From Nitrospira sp. (GTDB lineage Bacteria > Nitrospirota > Nitrospiria > Nitrospirales > Nitrospiraceae): a stretch of DNA of 64,000 bases. Within the stretch, counting starts at the first letter, position 1. Each line of letters begins with the position of its first letter. The position numbers and the translations under genes were made by a program. This document shows, piece by piece, positions 8,819 to 20,556 of the stretch. The DNA is taken from assembly GCA_047150005.1 (NCBI GenBank), contig AP038806.1:832001-896000 (forward strand). The letters are read 5' to 3'. The notes under the pieces were generated by a model that saw only the letters and a program-made list of their open reading frames with translations, made no database searches and had not been told where the DNA came from.

Positions 8819-11800
8819 TTACTGCGGCAGGGGCCCGGCCTCCGGACGTCTCGCGCGCAGCCGCGCGACGCGCAACCGCAGGCGGTCTAGATACAGGTAG
8901 ATGACGGGTGTGGTGTACAGGGTCAGCAGCTGACTGACCAGCAGGCCGCCGACGATGGCGATGCCGAGCGGCCGGCGCAATTCCGACCCCACGCCCGTGC
9001 CGAGCGCCAACGGCAAGGCTCCGAAGAGAGCCGCCATCGTCGTCATCATGATGGGGCGGAAGCGGAGCAGACAGGCTTCAAAAATGGCCTCTTCCGGCCG
9101 CTTGCGCTCCTTCCGCTCCGCGTCCAGCGCAAAATCGATCATCATGATGGCGTTCTTTTTGACGATGCCGATCAGCAACATGATGCCGATCAGGGCGATC
9201 ATACTGAGCTCGGTCTTGAACAGCAGCAACGCGAGCAAGGCGCCGACGCCGGCCGAGGGGAGCGTCGAAAGAATCGTCAGCGGATGGATGTAGCTTTCAT
9301 AGAGAATCCCCAATACGATGTACATCGTCAGCAGTGCCGCCAGGATGAGCACCGGTTGATTCTCGACCGAGGCTTGAAACGCCTTCGCCGCCCCCTGAAA
9401 ACTGCCCCGGACGCCGGCCGGCAGGCCCAGCTCGCCGATCGCCTTCTCGATCGCCCCCACGGCATGCCCGAGCGACACGCCGGGCGCCATGTTGAACGAC
9501 AGCGTGACGCCGGGAAACTGCCCGTGATGGTTCACCAGGAGCAACGTGTTCGTCGGCTCAAAGCGCGCGACGGCGCTCAGCGGAACCTGCGTGCCCGACG
9601 GAGATCGCACATAGATGTCGTGGAGGGTCGAGGGATTCTGCCAATACTGCGGCGCGACTTCCATCACCACGTGATACTGATTGAGTGGGGTGTACAGGAT
9701 GGACACCTGGCGCTGCCCGAACGCGTCGTAGAGCGTATCGTCGATCAACTGAGGGCTGAGGCCGAGCCTGGACGCGGTCCCGCGGTCGAAGACCACCAGC
9801 GATTGCAGCCCCTTATCCTGCTGGTCGCTGTTCACATCCGCGATCTCGGTGAGCGTGCGCAATTGGCGTTCCACTCGAGGCGCCCAGGTGTTCAACTCTG
9901 CCAGATCGACGCTCTGGAGCGTGTACTGATACTGGGCGCTGCTGGCCCGCCCGCCGATCCTGAGATCCTGAATCGCCTGCAGCACCGTCGGCGCGCCGGG
10001 CACGACGGCCAGTTGAGGCCGCAGCCGCGCGATCACCTGGTCCACTGCGATCCGCCGTTCATGGAGCGGCTTCAACCCGATGAACATCCGTCCCGCATTC
10101 GTGTTGCCGCTGCCTCCGCCCCCGCTGAATCCGGTCACGGTGTCGACCGCCGGATCGCTCTTGATGATGTCGACCACCTCGGTCAGCTTCTGGCGCATCG
10201 CCTGGAACGAAATATCCTGCGCGGCTTGGATGTTCCCGAACATGCGTCCGGTATCCTGCTGGGGGAAAAAGCCTTTCGGTACAACCGTGTAGAGGTAGAC
10301 GCTCAGCGCCATGGTCGCCAGCGTGAGCACCAACATGCTGCGGGGGTGCCGGAGCACCCAGGCCAAGCTGCCGGCGTACCCGTCGCGCATGGCGTCGAAG
10401 GCCCGCTCAGCGAGCCGGTAGAAGCGTCCGTGCGACGCGCCGGCCTCCGGCCGCAAGATCCTGGCGGACATCATGGGGGTGGTCGTGAGCGACACCACGA
10501 GGGAGACGAGAATGGCGACGGTGAGTGTGACGGCAAACTCGCGGAACAATCGTCCCATCATGCCGCCCATGAAGAGGATCGGCACGAAGACGGCGACCAG
10601 CGAGAGCGTCATCGACAAGACGGTGAAGGTGATCTCCCGCGCGCCGCGCATGGCCGCCTGAAAGGGCGGCATCCCCTGCTCGCGATACCGGCTGATGTTC
10701 TCCAGCACGACGATCGCGTCGTCGACCACGAACCCGGTGGCGATGGTCAGGGCCATCAACGAGAGGTTGTCGAGGCTGTACCCGAACAGGTACATCACGG
10801 CGAAGGTCGTGATGAGCGACACCGGCACGACGACGCAGGGTATCAGCGTGGCGCGGACGTTCCGAAGGAACAGGAACACGACCAGGATCACCAAGGCCAC
10901 CGAAATAAGGAGCGTCCGTTCGACGTCGTGCAGGGAAGCGCGGATGACCGGCGTGCGGTCGACGACGACCGAGAGGGTCATGCTGCCGGGAACGGAGGCC
11001 TGCAGCTGCGGCATCACCGCGTTGATCCGGTCGACGGTTTCGATGATGTTGGCGCCCGGCTGCCGACTGATGATGATCAAGACCGCGGGAATGCCGTTCG
11101 CCAATCCGATGGTCCGCAGATCCTCGACCGAATGCTCGACCGTCGCAACATCCGAAAGCCGGACGGCGCGCCCCGACCGATAGCTCACGATCAAGGGCAG
11201 GTAGTCTTCCACGGCGCGCAGCTGGTCGTTCGTCCGGACTTCCCACGTGCGCGTACCGTCGGAGAGCTGGCCCTTCGGCCGATTCACGTTCGTGCTGCTG
11301 AGCATTTGACGAATATCGCCCAGACCGATTCCGTACTTGTTCAAGGCCGTTGGATTCAAATCGACCCGCACGGCGGGAAGCGAGCCGCCGCCGACGTGGA
11401 CCTGTCCCACGCCGTCGATCTGCGAGAGCTTCTGCTGCAGGATGCTGGAGGCCACGTCGTACATGCGGCCCCGGCTCACGAGATCCGACGTCAGAGAAAG
11501 GATGAGGATCGGTGCGTCGGATGGATTGATTTTGCGGTAGGTGGGCCGGCTCGGCAGATTGGGCGGCAGCTCGCTGCGGGCCGCCATGATCGCGGCCTGC
11601 ACGTCTCGCGCGGCGCCGTCGATGTCGCGGCTGAGTTCGAACTGTAGCGTGATGCTCGACGAGCCCAGCATGCTCGTGGACGTCATTTCGGTCACGCCTG
11701 CGATACGGGTAAACTGGTGCTCGAGCGGCGCCGCCACCGACGTCGCCATGGTTTCAGGACTGCCGCCCGGCAGCGTCGCCGACACGTTGATCGTAGGAAA

Positions 11801-11923
11801 CTCAACTTGCGGCAGCGCCGCGACCGGAAGGAACCGGAACGCCACGAGCCCCAGCAGAGTCACCCCGACGGTCAGTAGGGTCGTGGCGACGGGGCGTTCG
11901 ATGCAGGCGGCGGACAGGTTCAT
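8819..11923 (-). CDS. mdtC: RND efflux permease MdtC
   Basis: [40 protein letters not shown]; second of two tandem RND permeases. Confidence 0.92.
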   Translation of the reverse strand: MNLSAACIERPVATTLLTVGVTLLGLVAFRFLPVAALPQVEFPTINVSATLPGGSPETMATSVAAPLEHQFTRIAGVTEMTSTSMLGSSSITLQFELSRDIDGAARDVQAAIMAARSELPPNLPSRPTYRKINPSDAPILILSLTSDLVSRGRMYDVASSILQQKLSQIDGVGQVHVGGGSLPAVRVDLNPTALNKYGIGLGDIRQMLSSTNVNRPKGQLSDGTRTWEVRTNDQLRAVEDYLPLIVSYRSGRAVRLSDVATVEHSVEDLRTIGLANGIPAVLIIISRQPGANIIETVDRINAVMPQLQASVPGSMTLSVVVDRTPVIRASLHDVERTLLISVALVILVVFLFLRNVRATLIPCVVVPVSLITTFAVMYLFGYSLDNLSLMALTIATGFVVDDAIVVLENISRYREQGMPPFQAAMRGAREITFTVLSMTLSLVAVFVPILFMGGMMGRLFREFAVTLTVAILVSLVVSLTTTPMMSARILRPEAGASHGRFYRLAERAFDAMRDGYAGSLAWVLRHPRSMLVLTLATMALSVYLYTVVPKGFFPQQDTGRMFGNIQAAQDISFQAMRQKLTEVVDIIKSDPAVDTVTGFSGGGGSGNTNAGRMFIGLKPLHERRIAVDQVIARLRPQLAVVPGAPTVLQAIQDLRIGGRASSAQYQYTLQSVDLAELNTWAPRVERQLRTLTEIADVNSDQQDKGLQSLVVFDRGTASRLGLSPQLIDDTLYDAFGQRQVSILYTPLNQYHVVMEVAPQYWQNPSTLHDIYVRSPSGTQVPLSAVARFEPTNTLLLVNHHGQFPGVTLSFNMAPGVSLGHAVGAIEKAIGELGLPAGVRGSFQGAAKAFQASVENQPVLILAALLTMYIVLGILYESYIHPLTILSTLPSAGVGALLALLLFKTELSMIALIGIMLLIGIVKKNAIMMIDFALDAERKERKRPEEAIFEACLLRFRPIMMTTMAALFGALPLALGTGVGSELRRPLGIAIVGGLLVSQLLTLYTTPVIYLYLDRLRLRVARLRARRPEAGPLPQ

Positions 11924-14900
11924 GGGGTCTCTGGGATGACGGCCTGGGACCGGGGTACCGCGGCGCGGCCGGATCGGATGCGGCGCGCCAGCCGGTCGAA
12001 GGCCAGATACACGACCGGCGTGGTGTACAACGTCAGGATCTGGCTCAATACGAGCCCCCCGATGATCGCGATACCGAGGGGCCGCCGGAGCTCCGAACCG
12101 GCGCCCGATCCGACCGCCAGCGGTAACGCCCCCAATAGAGCGGCCATGGTCGTCATCATGATCGGCCGGAACCGCAGCAGACAGGCCTCGTAGATCGCCG
12201 TCGCCGGCGGCTTACCTTCCGTTCGCTCCGCCTCCAGCGCGAAATCGATCATCATGATCGCGTTCTTCTTCACGATGCCGATCAGAAGAATGATGCCGAT
12301 CAGCGCAATGACGCTGAACTCGGTCCGGAACAGCATGAGTGCCAGCAGCGCGCCGACGCCGGCGGACGGCAAGGTCGACAGAATGGTCAAGGGATGGATG
12401 TAGCTTTCGTACAGAATACCGAGCACGATATAGACGGTGACGAGCGCGGCGAGGATCAGCCAGATCTGATTCGACAGGGAACTCTGGAAGGCGCGGGCGG
12501 TTCCTTGGAAGCTTCCTTTGATGCTCGCCGACAAGCCGATTGTCCGGGCCGTGTCTTCGATGGCGGTCACGGCCTCGCCCAAGGACGTGTTCGGGGCCAG
12601 ATTGAACGACAGGGTGACGGCCGGAAATTGGCCCTGCCGGCTGATGGCCAAGGGCGTGGTGGCCTCCGAGACCTGGGTGAACACGCTCAAGGGCACCTGG
12701 CCGCCGGTCAGTGAGCGGATGTCAAGGAACTGAAGCGCCTGCGGGCCAGACTGGAACTCAGGCATCACCTCCAGGACGACCCGATACTGATTCAGCTGGG
12801 TGTACATGGTCGAGACCTGCCGTTGCCCGTACGCGCTGTACAAGGTGTCCACGATCAATTGAGGGGTAATGCCGAGCCGCGACGCCGTGCTGCGATCGAT
12901 GACCAGCATCGTGGCCAGCCCCTGATCCTGTTGGTCGCTGCTGACGTCGCGCAGCGCGGGTAACGTCTGCAACGCCTCAACCAGCATCGGGGCCCACTCG
13001 AACAACTCTTCGGGATCCGCGTCCTCCAGGGTGTACTGATATTGGGTCCGGCTGACCCGATCCTCGACCGTGAGGTCCTGCACCGGTTGCATGAACAGGG
13101 TGATGCCCTCGATGCCGGCCGTCTGCGTCTGCAGGCGCCGGATCACCTCCTGCGCCGTGATCCGGCGCTCCGACAGCGGCTTCAAGTTGATGTGGATGCG
13201 CCCGCTGTTGAGCGTCGTGTTCGTGCCGTCCACCCCGATGAAAGACGAGAGGGCAGCGACCGCCGGATCCGCGAGGATGACCTTCGTCAGTGCCTGCTGC
13301 CGCTCCACCATCGCGGCAAACGAAACCGACTGGGCCGCCTCGGAAATACCGAGGATCACGCCGGTGTCTTGCACCGGAAAGAAGCCCTTGGGCACGACGA
13401 CGTACAAGAGGACGGTGACGGCGAGCGTCCCGACGGCGACGGCCAACGTGGCGGATTGATGGTTCAACACCCAGCGCAAGCTGCGCCCATAGGCTTCGAT
13501 GGTCCGATCGAACAGCTCCTGCGACTTGCGGTAGAACGCGCTCTGTTCCGACTCGCGTTGGTGCCGGAGCAGTCTGGCGCACATCATCGGCGTCAGTGTG
13601 AGGGAGACGACGGCGGAAATGACGATCGTCATGCTCAACGTCACAGCAAACTCCCAGAACAGCCTGCCGACCACGTCTCCCATGAACAGGAGCGGAATCA
13701 GCACGGCGATGAGCGAAATCGACAGCGACAAAATCGTGAAGGCGATCTGCTCCGACCCCTTCAACGCCGCCTGGAACGGCGAATCGCCCCGTTCGATGTA
13801 CCGGGAGATGTTTTCGATCATGACGATGGCGTCGTCGACGACGAAGCCCGTCGAAATCGTGAGCGCCATCAGGGTCAAGTTGTTGAGACTGAAGCCGAGG
13901 AGATACATCGCCCCGAACGTGCCGACCAGCGACAACGGCACTGCGGCCGCCGGGATGACGGTGCCGGAGAGCGTCCGCAGAAACAGGAAAATGACCAGGA
14001 TGACGAGCGCGACGGCCAGCATCAACTCGAATTGGACATCTCGCACCGAGGCCCGGATGGACACGGTCCGATCGGTGAGGACGGTGACTTGAACGGAGGA
14101 CGGCAGCGCGCTCTGGAGCTGGGGCAGCAGCTTCTTGATGCGGTCCGCCACCTCGATGACGTTCGCGCCCGGCTGGCGCTGGATGTTGATGAGAATGGCC
14201 GGGGTCTCGTTCAGCCAGGCCGCCTGCTTGACGTCTTCCACGCCGTCGATGACCTCGGCCACATCGGAGAGATGAACCGGCGCGCTATTGCGGTAAGCGA
14301 CGATCAGCGGACGATACTCGCCGCTCGACAGCAACTGGTCGGTCGCGTTGATGATCGAGGCTCGGCGCGGACCGTCGAACGCCCCTTTCGCCTGATTGAC
14401 GTTGGCCGCGGCGACCGTCTGGCGTAGATCTTCCAGAGTCAGTCCATAGGCGGACAACGCCCTGGGGTTGGCCCGGATCCGCACGGCCGGCCGTTGGCCG
14501 CCGCTGATGCTCACCAGCCCCACCCCGGACAGCTGCGAGATCTTCTGGGCGAACCGCGTTTCCGCCAGATCCTGCACCTGCGACAACGGCAACGTCGTCG
14601 ACGTCATGGCCAACGTCAGAATCGGCGCATCGGCCGGATTCACTTTGCTGTAGAACGGCGGATTCGGCAGATCGCGGGGGAGAAACGTGGAGGCTGCATT
14701 GATCGCGGCCTGGACTTGCTGCTCGGCGACGTCGAGCTCGAGATCCAGCGTGAACTGGAGCGTGATGACGGAACTCCCGCCGGAACTCGTCGAGGTCATC
14801 TGATTCAGGCCGGGCATTTGCCCGAACTGTCGCTCGAGCGGCGCGGTCACCGAAGAGGCCATGACGTCGGGACTGGCTCCCGGGTAAAACGTCAGGACTT

Positions 14901-15036
14901 GAATCGTCGGATAGTCGATTTGAGGAAGGGCCGAAACCGGCAGCTGGCGGTACGCGAGGACGCCGGCCAGCAGGATGGCGACCATGAGCAGGGCGGTGGC
15001 CACCGGCCGCAGGATGAAGAGGCGCGACGGATTCAC
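11920..15036 (-). CDS. mdtB: RND efflux permease MdtB
   Basis: [42 protein letters not shown]; 4-bp overlaps with both neighbours. Confidence 0.93.
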   Translation of the reverse strand: MNPSRLFILRPVATALLMVAILLAGVLAYRQLPVSALPQIDYPTIQVLTFYPGASPDVMASSVTAPLERQFGQMPGLNQMTSTSSGGSSVITLQFTLDLELDVAEQQVQAAINAASTFLPRDLPNPPFYSKVNPADAPILTLAMTSTTLPLSQVQDLAETRFAQKISQLSGVGLVSISGGQRPAVRIRANPRALSAYGLTLEDLRQTVAAANVNQAKGAFDGPRRASIINATDQLLSSGEYRPLIVAYRNSAPVHLSDVAEVIDGVEDVKQAAWLNETPAILINIQRQPGANVIEVADRIKKLLPQLQSALPSSVQVTVLTDRTVSIRASVRDVQFELMLAVALVILVIFLFLRTLSGTVIPAAAVPLSLVGTFGAMYLLGFSLNNLTLMALTISTGFVVDDAIVMIENISRYIERGDSPFQAALKGSEQIAFTILSLSISLIAVLIPLLFMGDVVGRLFWEFAVTLSMTIVISAVVSLTLTPMMCARLLRHQRESEQSAFYRKSQELFDRTIEAYGRSLRWVLNHQSATLAVAVGTLAVTVLLYVVVPKGFFPVQDTGVILGISEAAQSVSFAAMVERQQALTKVILADPAVAALSSFIGVDGTNTTLNSGRIHINLKPLSERRITAQEVIRRLQTQTAGIEGITLFMQPVQDLTVEDRVSRTQYQYTLEDADPEELFEWAPMLVEALQTLPALRDVSSDQQDQGLATMLVIDRSTASRLGITPQLIVDTLYSAYGQRQVSTMYTQLNQYRVVLEVMPEFQSGPQALQFLDIRSLTGGQVPLSVFTQVSEATTPLAISRQGQFPAVTLSFNLAPNTSLGEAVTAIEDTARTIGLSASIKGSFQGTARAFQSSLSNQIWLILAALVTVYIVLGILYESYIHPLTILSTLPSAGVGALLALMLFRTEFSVIALIGIILLIGIVKKNAIMMIDFALEAERTEGKPPATAIYEACLLRFRPIMMTTMAALLGALPLAVGSGAGSELRRPLGIAIIGGLVLSQILTLYTTPVVYLAFDRLARRIRSGRAAVPRSQAVIPETP

Positions 15037-16256
15037 GGTGATCGTTCCCGCCGCGCCTGCTCCGGTCCCGACGGCGGCGAGACATTGGCCGGCGGCTCGT
15101 TTCGATTCCGCACTTCGACCTTGCTGCCTTCGCGAAGCTTTTCCGTTCCGTCCACCACGACCAGTTCGTCGGGAGCCAGCCCGGAATCGATCGACGCGTC
15201 TTCGCCGTGGGTCGTGCCGAGAGCCACCGTTCGAACCGCGACGGTGCGGTCCTCCTTGACCACGTAGACGAACGTGCCCTTGGCGCCGCGCTGGACCGCC
15301 GCGGACGGCACGATCGTGACCCCGTGCTTCACGTCCAGCAGAAGTCGGGCGTTGACGAACTGATTGGGGAACAAGGAGCCGTCCTCGTTCGCGAACACCG
15401 CCTTGAGGCGCACCGTCCCCGTATTTGGATCGATTTGATTGTCGACCGTGAGCAGCTTGCCGGAGGCGAGCTGCTTTTTCTGCTCCCGGTCGAACGCGTC
15501 GACGGCCAGTTGGCGGCCCGAATTGAGCCGCTCAAGGACCGGAGGAAGGCTGTCCTCCGGAATGGTGAAGACCACGGTAATCGGCGTCAGCTGCGTGATC
15601 ACCAGCAGGCCGTTCGTGTCGTTGGCCCGGACCATGTTGCCCGGATCCACCAACCGTAATCCCACGCGCCCGCTGATGGGCGCCGTGATGCGGCTGTAGG
15701 CCAGCTGGAGCTTGGCGTTGTCGATCTGGCTTTGATCGGCCTTCACGATGCCCTCGAGCTGACGTACCATCGCTTCCTGCGTGTCCAACTGCTGCTTCGG
15801 AATGTAGCCCTGTTTGACCAGGCCCTTGTACCGCTCCAGGTCGAGCTTGGCGTTCTTCAATTGCGCCAGATCGCGCGCCATCTGGCCTTCGGCCTGACTG
15901 AGCTGCACCTCGAAGGGACGCGGGTCGATTTGCGCGAGCAGATCACCTTCCCGGACGAGCTGGCCCTCCTGAAAGAGAACCTGCATGAGCTGCCCGTCGA
16001 CGCGGCTCTTGACGTTGACCGTATTCAGCGGCACCACGGAGCCGAGCCCGTTCAGATAGACGCCGATGTCTCCCGTCCGCGCCGGGACGACGAGCACGGG
16101 GAGCGTCCGCGCGCCACCCGGCACCTGGCCGGCGCGCGAGGGCTCTTCGCCGGACTTGGCCAGCAGCGCGTAGCCTCCCAGCGCCAGCACGCAGGCCGCA
16201 GCCAGGCCGAGTAACCAGCGCTTCAGCATCGTCGCAAATGGAATCGGTTCCGCCAT
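15033..16256 (-). CDS. mdtA: RND membrane fusion protein MdtA
   Basis: [53 protein letters not shown]. Confidence 0.93.
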   Translation of the reverse strand: MAEPIPFATMLKRWLLGLAAACVLALGGYALLAKSGEEPSRAGQVPGGARTLPVLVVPARTGDIGVYLNGLGSVVPLNTVNVKSRVDGQLMQVLFQEGQLVREGDLLAQIDPRPFEVQLSQAEGQMARDLAQLKNAKLDLERYKGLVKQGYIPKQQLDTQEAMVRQLEGIVKADQSQIDNAKLQLAYSRITAPISGRVGLRLVDPGNMVRANDTNGLLVITQLTPITVVFTIPEDSLPPVLERLNSGRQLAVDAFDREQKKQLASGKLLTVDNQIDPNTGTVRLKAVFANEDGSLFPNQFVNARLLLDVKHGVTIVPSAAVQRGAKGTFVYVVKEDRTVAVRTVALGTTHGEDASIDSGLAPDELVVVDGTEKLREGSKVEVRNRNEPPANVSPPSGPEQARRERSP

Positions 16257-16304
16257 GGGGTCGCCTTCTGCTCCGCAGCTCCGATGCGGCCCTGCCTTCT
16301 TCCT

Positions 16305-16724
16305 CTACGGCGCGGGTACAGCCTGCTTCCGCGCCTGGACGTAGCTCCGTGACGTTTGCCAGCGCTGCTGCAACCCCGCGTACATGTGATCCAGCCCGGC
16401 TTGCTGCTCCGGGGACAGCTTCGGTTTGATCTCCGCCATTCCTTTGGTCAGGATCTGTTCGACTTCGGACTGATGCGAGAATCGCAATTCCAAGACGGCC
16501 AGATGCGCCCGGCTCACGATGGGTTCAATCTCGAGCTGTTGCTGAGTTGTCAGCGACAGCTCCTGCGTCAGCCGCTTCATGATGCGCTCCTGTTGGGCCA
16601 CCGGGCCCCGATCGCCGTGATGCGTCCGATCAGCGTTTCCATAAAGCCACATACCGACAACCCCCGTCAGCACCCCGGCCGCAAAGAGGACCGACAACCC
16701 CGCCCACAGTTTCGGTCGCGACAT
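16305..16724 (-). CDS. Membrane-anchored helical periplasmic protein (CnrX/Spy-like sensor candidate)
   Basis: N-terminal TM, then RLTQELSLTTQQQ...IKPKLSPEQQ (LTxxQ-like motifs). Confidence 0.6.
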   Translation of the reverse strand: MSRPKLWAGLSVLFAAGVLTGVVGMWLYGNADRTHHGDRGPVAQQERIMKRLTQELSLTTQQQLEIEPIVSRAHLAVLELRFSHQSEVEQILTKGMAEIKPKLSPEQQAGLDHMYAGLQQRWQTSRSYVQARKQAVPAP

Positions 16725-16814
16725 CTTAGGCGCTCCTTACGCTCCGCGCGCGTGGCTGAGCCCCGCGCCCATCCTGTCCCTGGAAAGCCGTCCGACGGTT
16801 GCGCCGCATGGGAA

Positions 16815-17117
16815 TCAGTCTCCAAACAGCGGAGTCGCCTCGAATTCTTCCGCCAGCAGCGTGCTCTCTCCGGTCGAAGTGCGCAACGCTTGGACCGTGA
16901 ACACCGAGACGGCCAGGACGACTGCCGCCGCAATGGTGGCGACGCGCCAGACGAGTTGATCGAGCAGGCCGGAGGGAAGGGTGTCCACCGACCGGCGTAA
17001 CGTCCGCATGACCCGCCGCGCCGTCTCGCCGTGATCGGTCGGATGGTCGACCGGAACGCGGAAGGCTTCCGTCAACGCCCGCTCCAGCTTCTTCAGTTCG
17101 TCGTCAGAATATCGCAT
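16815..17117 (-). CDS. Putative single-TM anti-sigma factor
   Basis: 100 aa with one TM (VATIAAAVVLAVSVFTV); start overlaps the ECF sigma stop. Confidence 0.6.
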   Translation of the reverse strand: MRYSDDELKKLERALTEAFRVPVDHPTDHGETARRVMRTLRRSVDTLPSGLLDQLVWRVATIAAAVVLAVSVFTVQALRTSTGESTLLAEEFEATPLFGD

Positions 17118-17785
17118 CAGGTACCCCCTCGCGAGCTCTTGCTCAGAATGTCGCGGAGTGCCCGCCTGGCCCGAAAGGCCCGCACCTTGACGTTGACCGT
17201 ACTCCAGCCCAGCAGCTCCGCCGCCTCGCGTATGGATCGGCCTTCGAGGTGAACGAGCGTGAGGACGGCTCGGTGCTCGGGTGACACACGCTCCAAGGCC
17301 CAGTGCAGTACGTCTATCGCTTCCTCTCTCCGTGCATGGTTCTTGAACTCCTCGTCGGAAGCGGCGGTGAGCGTCTGCTCGATCCAGCGGTGGTGCGCGT
17401 CGGTCAGCTCGCTCACCGGCCGTTCACCGCGCTGCCTCGCTCGCCAGAAGTCGTAACAGGTCCGGACCGCGATGCCCGCCAGCCAGTGATCGAACGGACC
17501 GGAGTCCGAAAACCGCCCGAGTCCGAAATAGGCCCTGACAAAGACGTCGTGCACCGTCGCCTCGACGTCGTCAGCCGGCACCCGCCGGCTGACGATCCGG
17601 ACGACGTGCTGCTGGTGTCGGCTGATCAGTTCCGCAAAGCGGTCGGTGTCCCCCTCTCGGATCCGCCGCAGGAGGTCGCGATCTTCCGGGGCAGTTTGGG
17701 CAACCGTCAACGACTCATCAGCCATCGGTAGGCGGAGTTCCGACCACGACAGCGCGGTGGTCGCAGTGAAACAGTCGTCCATCAT
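17117..17785 (-). CDS. ECF RNA polymerase sigma factor
   Basis: Region 2 VHDVFVRAY...FDHWLAGIAVRTCYD; region 4 EGRSIREAAELLGWSTVNVKVRAFRAR. Confidence 0.92.
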   Translation of the reverse strand: MMDDCFTATTALSWSELRLPMADESLTVAQTAPEDRDLLRRIREGDTDRFAELISRHQQHVVRIVSRRVPADDVEATVHDVFVRAYFGLGRFSDSGPFDHWLAGIAVRTCYDFWRARQRGERPVSELTDAHHRWIEQTLTAASDEEFKNHARREEAIDVLHWALERVSPEHRAVLTLVHLEGRSIREAAELLGWSTVNVKVRAFRARRALRDILSKSSRGGT

Positions 17786-17819
17786 AATAGCACCATACGG
17801 TCTTCCCTGGACGCGAGAG

Positions 17820-18413
17820 TTATCCCGCGGAGGGTCCGCTCACCGGTTCACTCTCCTCGGCCGCCGAGGTCCCCGTCCCGCTCTCGACACCTGACGACCG
17901 ATACTGATCCGCTCCTGCACTCTGATGGCGGTGATGCCGATACTGCTCCCACAAAGCTTTCTGTTTGGCCTGTTGTTCCGGCGTCAGCACGCCGATGAGT
18001 TCCCGGGTGGCCCTGACCCCGATGATCCGAACCGTAGCCTGATACGCCTCGCCTTCCTTGATCTTGGCCTCGATCGCCGGCAGCTGCGTTGTATCATCCC
18101 ACATCAGCGATCGAAGTTCCCGCTCACTCACCATGACATCGGCCTCCGCCCTGATCCGCGCCTTGTCCGCATCCAGGGCGATCGACCGCATTTTGGCAAT
18201 CTGTTCGTCGGTGAGTGCCAATTCCTGCTTGTTCTTCAAGAGATGCTTGAGCAGATGGGTCGTGAACCCTCCGTGTCGATGGCCGCCCTGATGATAAGAC
18301 ATCTGATGAGTCTTGCCGGCGCACCGGCCTCCCCCGTCGGCCCAGGCCGCCGACGAACCGATCAGCACGCTGCCCAATGCCAACCCCAGCATCAATGACG
18401 TACGCGGTCTCAT
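17820..18413 (-). CDS. Spy/CpxP-family periplasmic protein, His-rich
   Basis: Signal ending AWA; ELALTDEQ and VLTPEQQ motifs; GAGGAGG RBS before ATG 18413. Confidence 0.8.
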   Translation of the reverse strand: MRPRTSLMLGLALGSVLIGSSAAWADGGGRCAGKTHQMSYHQGGHRHGGFTTHLLKHLLKNKQELALTDEQIAKMRSIALDADKARIRAEADVMVSERELRSLMWDDTTQLPAIEAKIKEGEAYQATVRIIGVRATRELIGVLTPEQQAKQKALWEQYRHHRHQSAGADQYRSSGVESGTGTSAAEESEPVSGPSAG

Positions 18414-18483
18414 AGAGTCCTCCTCATAGTGATGGATATGTTTATGGCAGGGGCACCGTCCAGCTTCCGTCCCCTCCATCTTC

Positions 18484-18512
18484 TAGTCGCGGTGAGCGGG
18501 CAAAAGGTTACA
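18484..18512 (-). promoter_or_regulatory. Putative ECF sigma promoter
   Basis: Minus strand TGTAAC-N17-CGACTA, about 70 bp upstream of the Spy-like gene that heads the sigma operon. Confidence 0.55.
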
Positions 18513-18657
18513 GCTGGAAGTTCCTGAAACCATTGGTGCTTTGAGTCGCAGGCCGCGGATTGACAGGTTCTGATTTCGAGACGTACCCTGCTGCGCACTC
18601 GGCTGACCTATGCCGTCCCGTCCCGCGCCGGTCGTGAGCGCGGGAATGCCCGCTGCA

Positions 18658-20046
18658 ATGACGAGCCAGACCGCCAGAAAAACCATTCTGGTCCTGATTC
18701 ACGGATTCATCAGCGATCACCGCTGCTGGGATCCCTTGCGCCGCCTCCTCGAGACGGACGCCAGGATCGCCGAACGCTTCGAGGTCGAATGTTTCGACTA
18801 CCCCACGTCCCTCTTGGGGAAGGGTTCAGACCATGCCCACCCGAGTCTTCGGCAGGTCGCAGGCCAGTTGAGCGAGTTTTTGGGGCAGCCCCGCTTCGCC
18901 GGACACCCCCTCGTTCTCGTCGGGCACAGTCAAGGGGGCCTGGTCATCCAGGCCTACTTCGTGTTGTTGCTCGAAGCACGACAGGCACGGCAACTCTCCC
19001 GTGTCCGGCAAGCGATCTTCATCGCGACCCCCAACCTGGGGTCGGTCTTCCTCGATCGCACCAGACGGCTGACCGATCACGTGTTGAAGGTCTTGAGCGG
19101 ATCGTTCCTCCATCCTCAGGAACGTCTGTTGCGCGCGCTGCAACCGGAGATCATGGAGATTCAGAAACAGCTCCTGGGGAATATCGTGGCGGCCGGAAGC
19201 CATTCGGATCAGGCCTGTCCGATCCCTCTCCAGTGCTTCTACGGCTCGGCGGACCGCGTCGTCCTGGATGTGTCTGCTCAAAGCTTTTTTGCCCCGGACG
19301 TCTGCGTGCCCCTGCCGGCCGGGCACATGGACATCATCCGGCCCCGGAGCGCTGCGGACGAACGGTATGCCAAACTGACCGACGCCATTCTGCACCCGGT
19401 CGGACACGTCAATGTCGTCGAAGTGGAACGCTACGACACGATGCTGCGGGTCGAACCCTACGACGGACGGAAGGGTGTCGAGGTGTCGTACGGAACCAGT
19501 CGCCGCACCGTGTTGACCGACAACCGCGCCGTGCTGTCGCGCCGCATGGTGGTGTCCCGCAAGAACCGCTGCCGGAACAGCTGCGAAATTTCGTATCTGA
19601 CCAACGCGGAGGGATTCATCAGGCCGATTCCCGCCGAGCTGCTGGAGCGGCTGGAGCGAAAGGATCTGACCAGATACGAGAGTCAGGGCCGTGAATTCAA
19701 TTTCGTCTTCGCTCCCTGCGCCGGCGAGACCTACGACGTCACGCTCGAAATCCTCCGCGGATTCGAAGCGGGGGACCGGCAAGTCCATTTCCACCTGGGA
19801 CCGTCCTGCTATCATCAGTTGCTGACCTACAGCCTGGACCTCACGGCCTACGTCCAGGCCGGATACCGATTGACCGGGCCGCCTCGCCTGCATGTTGAAG
19901 AGGGCGAGACACACCGTTGCGAACAGATTTGGGCCTCGCCACCGCTGGAGCCCACCGCTTCGGACGGCCGCGGCAATTGGTACTGGGAGCTTCGTGACGT
20001 GCGCCAGGGAGCCGTAGGACTGGCCTGGGATCTGGATCAAGGATAA
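18658..20046 (+). CDS. Alpha/beta hydrolase with unrecognised C-terminal domain
   Basis: VLIHGF, nucleophile elbow GHSQGG, IATPNLGS, D..V and AGH candidate catalytic residues. Confidence 0.8.
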   Translation: MTSQTARKTILVLIHGFISDHRCWDPLRRLLETDARIAERFEVECFDYPTSLLGKGSDHAHPSLRQVAGQLSEFLGQPRFAGHPLVLVGHSQGGLVIQAYFVLLLEARQARQLSRVRQAIFIATPNLGSVFLDRTRRLTDHVLKVLSGSFLHPQERLLRALQPEIMEIQKQLLGNIVAAGSHSDQACPIPLQCFYGSADRVVLDVSAQSFFAPDVCVPLPAGHMDIIRPRSAADERYAKLTDAILHPVGHVNVVEVERYDTMLRVEPYDGRKGVEVSYGTSRRTVLTDNRAVLSRRMVVSRKNRCRNSCEISYLTNAEGFIRPIPAELLERLERKDLTRYESQGREFNFVFAPCAGETYDVTLEILRGFEAGDRQVHFHLGPSCYHQLLTYSLDLTAYVQAGYRLTGPPRLHVEEGETHRCEQIWASPPLEPTASDGRGNWYWELRDVRQGAVGLAWDLDQG

Positions 20047-20211
20047 GCCCTCATCTACGAGCGATCCCGCACAGGTCGCACTGTGCGAATGAGGTATCCT
20101 AGAGGCGAGCCGCCTAATTCGATCCTCGTGAACCGGGCAGGAGGGTGAAATTTTTCTCGATCTCACAATCGCTTTCGCGACGGTTCTTCCAAGCCTCCTC
20201 ATCCGGGAAGA

Positions 20212-20227
20212 CGGATCAAGACTTGCA
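20212..20227 (+). promoter_or_regulatory. Putative sigma54 promoter (-24/-12)
   Basis: CGGATCAAGACTTGCA = GG-N10-GC, about 53 bp upstream of small ORF 20279. Confidence 0.55.
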
Positions 20228-20278
20228 GGGGGTTCTAGTGCTCAACGGCTCGGTTCAGGCCCATTCAGGAGGAAGAGC

Positions 20279-20377
20279 ATGAAAGCGCTGCTCGCCAAAT
20301 GCGGAGATCGAGGGTTGGCCTGGGTGATGATCGGCCTCTTCGCGCTTCTGGTCTTGGGGCTCAACCTGAACGGGTAG
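20279..20377 (+). CDS. 32-aa single-TM small protein (copy 1)
   Basis: MKALLAKCGDRGLAWVMIGLFALLVLGLNLNG*; AGGAGG RBS; paralogue at 25421. Confidence 0.75.
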   Translation: MKALLAKCGDRGLAWVMIGLFALLVLGLNLNG

Positions 20378-20556
20378 TTCCTCCGGCTCCGCCGCTGGGC
20401 CATTCATCCTCGGAGCCGTCCTGCGTCCATACACCCCGCACCGATTGCTTCCCGATCACGGTCCCTTCCAACAGACCTGTTGACAGTACGGATGCCGCGC
20501 CGTAGCCTGCCTTGCTCGGGACCGGTCCCGCAGCCGCTTACGACTCCGCGACACAG

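Noticed and set aside
9284..11647. 787-aa plus-strand ORF and similar long antisense ORFs (13042-14427, 29517-31055, 54490-55749, 60892-62286)
   Set aside because: Shadow frames opposite well-supported genes in GC-rich DNA; no recognisable motifs.
8819..15036. Repeated DNA blocks between the two RND genes
   Set aside because: Expected mdtB/mdtC paralogy.
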